From positions 1 through 5,389 of the forward strand of contig NW_002061304.1 in the NCBI RefSeq assembly GCF_000150275.1: a DNA stretch of 5,389 nucleotides, written 5' to 3'. The notes under the pieces were generated by a model, which was not told the origin of the DNA, did no database searches, and saw nothing but the letters and a program-made list of their open reading frames with translations. The DNA comes from Trichoplax adhaerens. Taxonomy: Eukaryota; Animalia; Placozoa. Every line of letters starts with the position of its first letter. The stretch's first letter is position 1. This document shows positions 1-5,389 of this stretch, piece after piece. The position numbers were made by a program, and so were the translations under genes.

Positions 1-470
1 ATAACACTCAAGGATACTTATTCCTAATTCTACAGATCTTCAGTATTTTTTACACCTTTAACTTCACGTTAACTACTTAACTTGAATTTACTTAGAACTA
101 ATTTTACGATACAAAATGGCGGGCTTGATTGCCATTTTATAGGAGCTAGAAGTTATCAATAATATCAGTAGCTCCTGTAAATCAGGTAGTAAATTTATAT
201 CCAAATGCTTAATTAATAAGCAGTTTAAGGACAGCTATCCGATGTTTAACATAAAACAGTTAGTTTACAATATACTCATTCACAGAATTAATCAAGTCAG
301 AGTACATAATCTACTGTGAAGTAGTTATAAATTATATTATTCCCTCCAGGACTAAAAGCTTTAGGTTGATTAATCGCATATGATCGATTTATAATTAAAG
401 AAAACACTTTGATATATCTGTTGGATCAAAAAGCAATAGAAAAAAGCATTTACTGGCCTTCTTTACTTAC

Positions 471-542
471 AAAAAGGTAATCTTATTGAGGCCAGTAAGA
501 TCGCTCTTCCGCAACTTTTCCAATAGATTATCCCTTAAATTT
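471..542 (-). CDS. LRR exon 9 (type B''): NLRDNLLEKLRKSDLTGLNKITFL
   Basis: Acceptor (ta)n-ttctttAG|A; donor TT|GTAAGT; 72 nt, phase 2-2; LRR consensus. The final Leu depends on the unseen next exon. Confidence 0.93.
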
Positions 543-3500
543 CTAAAGAATATATATATATATACATATGTTATATAATACATAAATATCGCAATTATTT
601 AACTTGTTACAGTCTGATATTATAAGCTAATGTTTGAATCGTAAAAATGAATGAGGATCAACGCTATAAAAATTAATATTATATCGTATTGATAAATGTT
701 ACAATATTTAAAAACTAGCTTATTTAATATCAGAAATGCATGGTGATACTTTATTGGTTGGCTCATAGTTTCATTTAAAATTGGAGTTAAAGCCTCAGTC
801 TGACGCAAGTACTGAATTACTATAGCGAATACTTAGTCATTTTAGCAACTTTTTTGTTAGTAAATCACCTTGCTTCAAAGCTTACGTGAACTCATTAGCT
901 ATTTCTAGTTGATGGACTGTTAATTTTAAATAAAATTTTTAAGTTTTCGGCTTTTATTCCGTATCGATATTGATATTATTTTACTATATTTATTGAGGAC
1001 TAAACTAATTTCCCATAGAACTGCCGTAGCTTAACTTTTTGTTTTGTGTCATGCTATGTTTGCTAACATTGTAGACTAAATTGCAATTTGAACGATCAAT
1101 CTAATGTACTGCATTATCATAGAACAAGTTCAATTTACAAGATTTTTAGTGATCGAAGCATCTCGTAATAAATGGAACACTAGTAATCCTAGAAGCAATT
1201 TGCATCCAGAAAGTAAAATGAAGCTATTTTGTACTATGAATCATAAAATGCGATGGAAAAAATTAAATAGTAATGGTTAAACTGTGATATAATTGGAATA
1301 TTAGTATTAAATTGTGTTTCCTTAAGGTCATCAGTAAATAAGTCTAAAATCTATTGCAATTTTCGGAGCCATTTATAAAATGATAGCAAATATAAGTATA
1401 TAATTCAAATTGCCCATAGCCCTTTATAAAATTATTATCATTGTTGAAATAGGTTATACACGTGATTACGACGTAAAATTTTTCCTTGCATAGTAATGGA
1501 TAAAATTAGTGTATATATGATATCGGCGATAATACGAACAGAAAGCCTAAGTTTTGAAGATTTCTAAAGGAATTAGGTTGTATAGTCTTGATTCGATTCA
1601 ATGGGAAACGCCTAAAATAATAAATATTTTGAACTAGCATTAGTAAGTAGCATGAATACGTAACCTTCTCTAATTCAAATCATGGCATTCTGATTTGCTG
1701 ATAATTATAACGGTTGATCTAAAGCTTTTCATCCTTACAACGTCTTTAAGGTAGTTAGGCAGCTAAAAGTATCATTTACGATAGACGTAAAATCGTTTCC
1801 TTCTAAATCCCTACGATAAGATTTATTAATTGGATCCAACAAAATTTTATTAAGAAACAATATGAAATTAAATTGAATTTTGGCCAGTGAAAGTAGAAAT
1901 TTCCATACAAGGTTGTTAGAGCTGTCAAATTACATATGGCACTTTTTTTAATTGCTGCTAACTTATTAAATTTCAATCGCCTGCGTAGAGTAGAATATAA
2001 CAGAAGNNNNNNNNNNNNNNNNNNNNNNNNNNNNNNNNNNNNNNNNNNNNNNNNNNNNNNNNNNNNNNNNNNNNNNNNNNNNNNNNNNNNNNNNNNNNNN
2101 NNNNNNNNNNNNNNNNNNNNNNNNNNNNNNNNNNNNNNNNNNNNNNNNNNNNNNNNNNNNNNNNNNNNNNNNNNNNNNNNNNNNNNNNNNNNNNNNNNNN
2201 NNNNNNNNNNNNNNNNNNNNNNNNNNNNNNNNNNNNNNNNNNNNNNNNNNNNNNNNNNNNNNNNNNNNNNNGGGATTATCAATATTGTCTATGACTCTNT
2301 ACGTTGTAGTTAATATTCATCAAGTAATTTAATTAATTTGCTAGTATTACTTACAATGTAGATAACGAAGACAGATACTGAAATGAATTAGGAGCAATAT
2401 AATCTATCAGATTATAAGCCAAATCCCTGCGTAGAACGATTTTATAATCAGTACATAATGCTTCCAGGTTGAATGTGTGATTGTTTTACTTCAATTTTAA
2501 TTTGGCCATATTTTGGTAAGGGGTAAACTATTTGTAATGCTGTTATATATTGCATCTGTACATATTATCGAATGCTCGTATATTTTTACAAAATACAAAC
2601 ATGTTACATGATAAAATGTTACATGAATTTGACACTTACAATTTAGAGTATAGTAAATGCTTAACAGCTACTATACTGACTTATATTTTTACCAGAAATT
2701 TTTCATTACTATTGCAAATATGATAATAATAAAGTTCAGTAAATCTAGATAAAAGGTTTGCTATACATAGTTTAAAATGATTTAAATTCTGATAACACTA
2801 ATTAACTGGGTATTAATTTAGAAAAATCCCTTTGTATTGGCATATATACCTGTCACAAACTTATGTTGCGAACTACTACACTAAACTACTAGATTACTTA
2901 TGACTTGCTCCACTTATCCTGGAGATCTACTGTATGGTAGTTCTTTACTACTTTCTGTCACACAGGGATACGACTGTTCTAAAAGATTAGTATAGTTTTT
3001 ATTAGTAGAGTAGCCGAGTACCTTCTCGTACACGATCTAATAAGGAACTAGATCCTTGAGGCTCTGCACGATAATCACGATAATCGCACGATAAATGAGC
3101 AATAATCGCGCGTACGCAGCGGGTGCTAACTTGTCGCCATTATTAATATCTACTGTATATACGACAATTATAACCAGTTTAGAATAAACTGTACTCTAAC
3201 ACTTATAAGCAATAATTGGAATAGCTATAAATTAGAGAGATCTCTCATTGAAATAATTCGAAATAATATTACATAAAACTGTTCAGACTCTATATGTAGC
3301 ATTCATTGAGGGATAAATTATCACAGTAAAGTACTTTCAAATCAATACTCAAATCTTCACTACTGAATTCTATATCGTACGATTACACAAATTATATGTA
3401 GATAGCTATCGTTTATGATCAACTTGAGGACTTACAGATTTTTTAGATTTGTTAGACATTCGAATGTATCGTTTTTTATTTCTTTTATTTTGTTTCCGAA

Positions 3501-4540
3501 TAAGACTCTTCAGAAAAATCACTGTTAAATTTCGGCTGTCATTATATAGCAATTAAGTAATTTAACTATGATCATACTTACAATCTCTGCAATTTGTTTA
3601 AGCCACAAAATAAGTCTTTTGAGATTTTTTCAATGCTATTGAAGTCCAGTTTTCTATAATAAATCGAAAGTTATCTCTAAAAATGTTCTTTTACATACTG
3701 TGGCTAAAAATCTTTATGAAAATTGCGATCACAATAAATTTCTAACATGACTTCAAACTTCGCATAAATTGTAAGCTATTAAATTCAAGTATATTTAAGT
3801 GCCTGATAGGTGAAATAAAAAAGTCTATCGCTTCCAAAAGCTAATTTTAAGAACGTTTCATGAAAGCTTTACTTTTAATTAAATTACCGTATGATAATTT
3901 ATGCAATATATGATTATATAGCTACAAGTAAAGGCTTAATGCAGTAAAAATGTAATTCATAATATTAAAACTTAAATTATTTATAAACTCATAAATTTAG
4001 ATAACCGAACATCAAAGAATATGCAGGTAGCTCAATTTACTCTCCCATGAAAAGAACTAATCTCAATACTACGGTCTTGCAGACATGAGATATTAACTAG
4101 ATTTATGTTATAATTAGTTTATGCTTACGTAACTCAATTTATAACTGATATTTTTGCAAAGAAATAAAACGATCATTAATTTACAAGAATTATGATTTAA
4201 TAAATTAATATAAATAGCAGACGTTAAATGATCATAATTTTTAACGTAATTTGTTAGGATAACAGTTTACTGACAGATAATATAGGTTTGAGAGGCATGA
4301 AAGGCTTGTCTTATTCAGCTTATCCAAATAATTATACCCTAAGCTCCTATTTTAAGAATTTTCAAACAAATACTTATCTTGCTATGTAAATTTAGCCTAT
4401 AGTATTATTTATATCATTTTATTGATTAATATCAGATCCTAAATCAAAATGCACATTACTAAACTTACAGGTCATAGAGTCGAATCAGCTTGCAGAATGC
4501 ATTAGGTTCGATGGAAGAGATGACATTTCTTGAAAAGTCA
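471..4540 (-). CDS. Partial multi-exon gene for an extracellular-type LRR protein (at least 9 x 72-nt LRR exons; 5' and 3' ends not identified)
   Basis: Manual splicing gives DFSRNVISSIEPNAFCKLIRLYDL-SLGYNYLDKLNKTSLSCLSNLYYL-KLDFNSIEKISKDLFCGLNKLQRL-VLFGNKIKEIKNDTFECLTNLKNL-DLAYNLIDYIAPNSFQYLSSLSTL-[gap]-RLKFNKLAAIKKSAICNLTALTTL-DLEGNDFTSIVNDTFSCLTTLKTL-RFPLNRIKTIQPNSFRNLQNLGFL-NLRDNLLEKLRKSDLTGLNKITFL. All eight internal junction codons are Leu (CTG, CTA, TTA, CTG, TTG, TTG, TTG, CTA). Introns are 122, 621, 74, 1009, 374 (includes the gap), 98, 127 and 997 nt, all GT-AG. N-glycosylation sequons NKT, NDT, NLT, NDT are present. One LRR per 72-nt phase-2 exon is the known layout of LGR/glycoprotein-hormone receptor and Slit-type ectodomains. 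Confidence 0.93.
550..564. repeat. (TA)7 microsatellite just upstream of the exon 9 acceptor
   Basis: atatatatatatata at 550-564. Confidence 0.9.
1540..1611 (-). CDS. LRR exon 8 (type A''): RFPLNRIKTIQPNSFRNLQNLGFL
   Basis: Acceptor tttattattttAG|G with an upstream TACTAAT branch-like site; weaker donor CT|GTTCGT; 72 nt, phase 2-2; LRR consensus. Confidence 0.92.
1739..1810 (-). CDS. LRR exon 7 (type D'): DLEGNDFTSIVNDTFSCLTTLKTL
   Basis: Acceptor tcttatcgtAG|G; donor TT|GTAAGG; 72 nt, phase 2-2; 14/24 aa identical to exon 4. Confidence 0.95.
1909..1980 (-). CDS. LRR exon 6 (type C'): RLKFNKLAAIKKSAICNLTALTTL
   Basis: Acceptor ttctactctacgcAG|G; donor TT|GTATGG; 72 nt, phase 2-2. The peptide is visible inside the supplied ORF 1803..2282(-). 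Confidence 0.93.
2007..2271. other. Assembly gap (265 N); a further single N at 2299
   Basis: Run of N in the sequence. Confidence 1.
2355..2426 (-). CDS. LRR exon 5 (type A'): DLAYNLIDYIAPNSFQYLSSLSTL
   Basis: Acceptor cgttctacgcAG|G; donor TT|GTAAGT; 72 nt, phase 2-2; LRR consensus. Confidence 0.96.
2598..2627. repeat. 15-bp tandem duplication
   Basis: AACATGTTACATGAT and AAAATGTTACATGAA, 13/15 identical, with core ATGTTACATGA at 2601 and 2616. Confidence 0.75.
3066..3109. repeat. Short imperfect tandem repeat of CACGATAA in a CpG-rich intronic patch
   Basis: CACGATAA at 3067, 3076 and 3087, plus a degenerate GCAATAATCGC at 3099-3109. Confidence 0.8.
3436..3507 (-). CDS. LRR exon 4 (type D): VLFGNKIKEIKNDTFECLTNLKNL
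   Basis: Acceptor tttttctgaAG|A; donor CT|GTAAGT; 72 nt, phase 2-2; LRR consensus; NDT sequon. Confidence 0.95.
3582..3653 (-). CDS. LRR exon 3 (type C): KLDFNSIEKISKDLFCGLNKLQRL
   Basis: Acceptor tttcgatttattatAG|A; donor TT|GTAAGT; 72 nt, phase 2-2; LRR consensus with FxGL. Confidence 0.95.
4275..4346 (-). CDS. LRR exon 2 (type B): SLGYNYLDKLNKTSLSCLSNLYYL
   Basis: Acceptor ttcttaaaatAG|G; donor CT|GTCAGT; 72 nt, phase 2-2; LRR consensus; NKT sequon. Confidence 0.92.
4469..4540 (-). CDS. LRR exon 1 (type A): DFSRNVISSIEPNAFCKLIRLYDL
   Basis: Acceptor catcttatttAG|T with an upstream CTAAT branch-like site; donor CT|GTAAGT; 72 nt, phase 2-2; canonical 24-aa LRR. Confidence 0.95.
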
Positions 4541-5389
4541 CTAAATAAGATGTTTAAAATTAGATTTCAATGCGTATATTAATATTCTATTGTCACAAAA
4601 CAGCTTTGCAACAAGATAACGCAATATACGATCAATAAGTCAATTCCTTGAACCACGTATCAAGGAACGATATCTGCACTATCACAAACACTTTTGCTCT
4701 ACTAGCAGACTACACAAAGACTTAAACGCCTCGTATTTTACGTTAAACACTAAGTTGGACAATTCTTCTTTATTTCACGATATACTGCATTGATATACTA
4801 TTCCTCAATAGTTCATGAGTCATAGTTAATACAATTAACATTAGAATCATTTACTGAATTAGATATTAATTTTAGCTACTGCTCCCTTAATGCAGACAAC
4901 AGTATTTACGAACATAGACATGTAATGACTAATACAGAATAGTCAGATTACGATATGTCCTATCACAGAACATTTCCATGATAATTTACAGTCTACCATA
5001 AGTAAATTACAATCACAATGATTCGAACTGTAAGCAGATGATTTGCATTCCCTATTATAACTATTAATTTCAGTATGTGTATAAGTATCACTGTCATAAA
5101 AAGTCAGTGCTATATTAAAATACAGTATATCCAAATTAGAAGTTAACTAAATAAGGATAGTCTAATAGAATTATCCTAACATTGATATTTCTACTGTAAT
5201 ACAGTATATAACACTGTAACATCTATCCAAAGCTATCAGTTTTCATTCAGTTTTGCATTCCACAGGAATATATAATATAATAAAATTAAGTACTTTCTAT
5301 ATGCTCAAAAGCTATAAATGCTTCAAATGGATAGAATAGTTTCATTTATCATCAACAAATTTAAAGAAAATTGTATAAACTACATCTTC

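Noticed and set aside
297-417. Strong-looking minus-strand acceptor (ctttttgatccaacAG) after exon 9, giving YIKVFSLIINRSYAINQPKAF...stop
   Set aside because: It implies a 53-nt intron, shorter than any other here, fits the LRR pattern poorly and runs into a stop. It cannot be supported without transcripts.
428-505. Hairpin plus T-run on the minus strand read as an intrinsic terminator or Pol III small RNA
   Set aside because: The context is a spliced eukaryotic gene, one arm is coding exon 9, and no Y RNA, vault RNA or tRNA motifs are recognisable.
620-808. Supplied ORF 620..808(-), 62 aa, with a vague LRR-like HAFLILNKL stretch
   Set aside because: TTG start, no 72-nt AG/GT boundaries, wrong LRR spacing; it lies in intron 8.
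928-1210. LRR-like fragments in intron 8 (SLVLNKYSKI...; EMLRSLKIL|GTAAAT at 1139)
   Set aside because: They contain stops or lack acceptors. Similar mimics appear on the plus strand, so they are likely compositional noise.
1803-2282. Supplied ORF 1803..2282(-) as a whole gene
   Set aside because: Mostly N. Only 1980-1909 is coding and the rest is intron read-through.
1936-2313. Supplied ORF 1936..2313(+), 125 aa
   Set aside because: Artefact of reading through the N gap; it lies antisense to exon 6.
2490-2708. Two possible decayed exons in intron 4 (2708-2640 ending TT|GTAAGT; 2555-2490)
   Set aside because: They are 69 and 66 nt, have in-frame stops, and fit the consensus weakly.
3235-3246. 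12-bp palindrome GAGAGATCTCTC (also the inverted repeat at 4221-4247, TATCGATA at 962, TTACGTAA at 4125, ATTTGCAT at 1198 and 5041)
   Set aside because: Short palindromes and motifs of this size are expected by chance in 5 kb of AT-rich DNA.
4620-4765. LRR-like peptides EAFKSLCSL and QISFLDTWFKEL upstream of exon 1, with an 8-bp inverted repeat at 4644-4667
   Set aside because: No proper splice boundaries, off-register spacing and a stop; an 8-bp inverted repeat is expected by chance.
5240-5266. Plus-strand acceptor-like TTTTGCATTCCACAG|G
   Set aside because: No credible coding exon follows and there is no other evidence for a plus-strand gene.
1-5389. CRISPR array, rRNA/tRNA, transposase or prokaryotic operon
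   Set aside because: No regularly spaced repeats, no recognisable RNA gene and no long ORFs; the spliceosomal architecture indicates a eukaryote.

Overview
AT-rich eukaryotic genomic DNA (roughly 30% GC by eye) with a 265-N assembly gap at 2007-2271. The ORF track misses the real content. The minus strand carries the middle of a spliced gene for an extracellular-type leucine-rich-repeat (LRR) protein. I found nine intact exons, each exactly 72 nt, AG...GT bounded and phase 2-2, each encoding one 24-aa LRR (xLxxNxIxxIxxxxFxxLxxLxxL). In transcription order they are 4540-4469, 4346-4275, 3653-3582, 3507-3436, 2426-2355, 1980-1909, 1810-1739, 1611-1540 and 542-471. They splice into a stop-free frame of about 216 aa with Leu at every internal junction. 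The repeats form a four-exon super-repeat (A-B-C-D-A'-[gap]-C'-D'-A''-B''), which predicts a missing B-type exon inside the N gap. Cysteines occur only as pairs in adjacent repeats (position 16 then 17), suggesting inter-repeat disulfides. The gene ends, the family (LRR-GPCR, Toll-like or other) and the organism cannot be determined from this window. Short AT-rich introns with retained CpG fit an invertebrate or early-branching animal (inference only).
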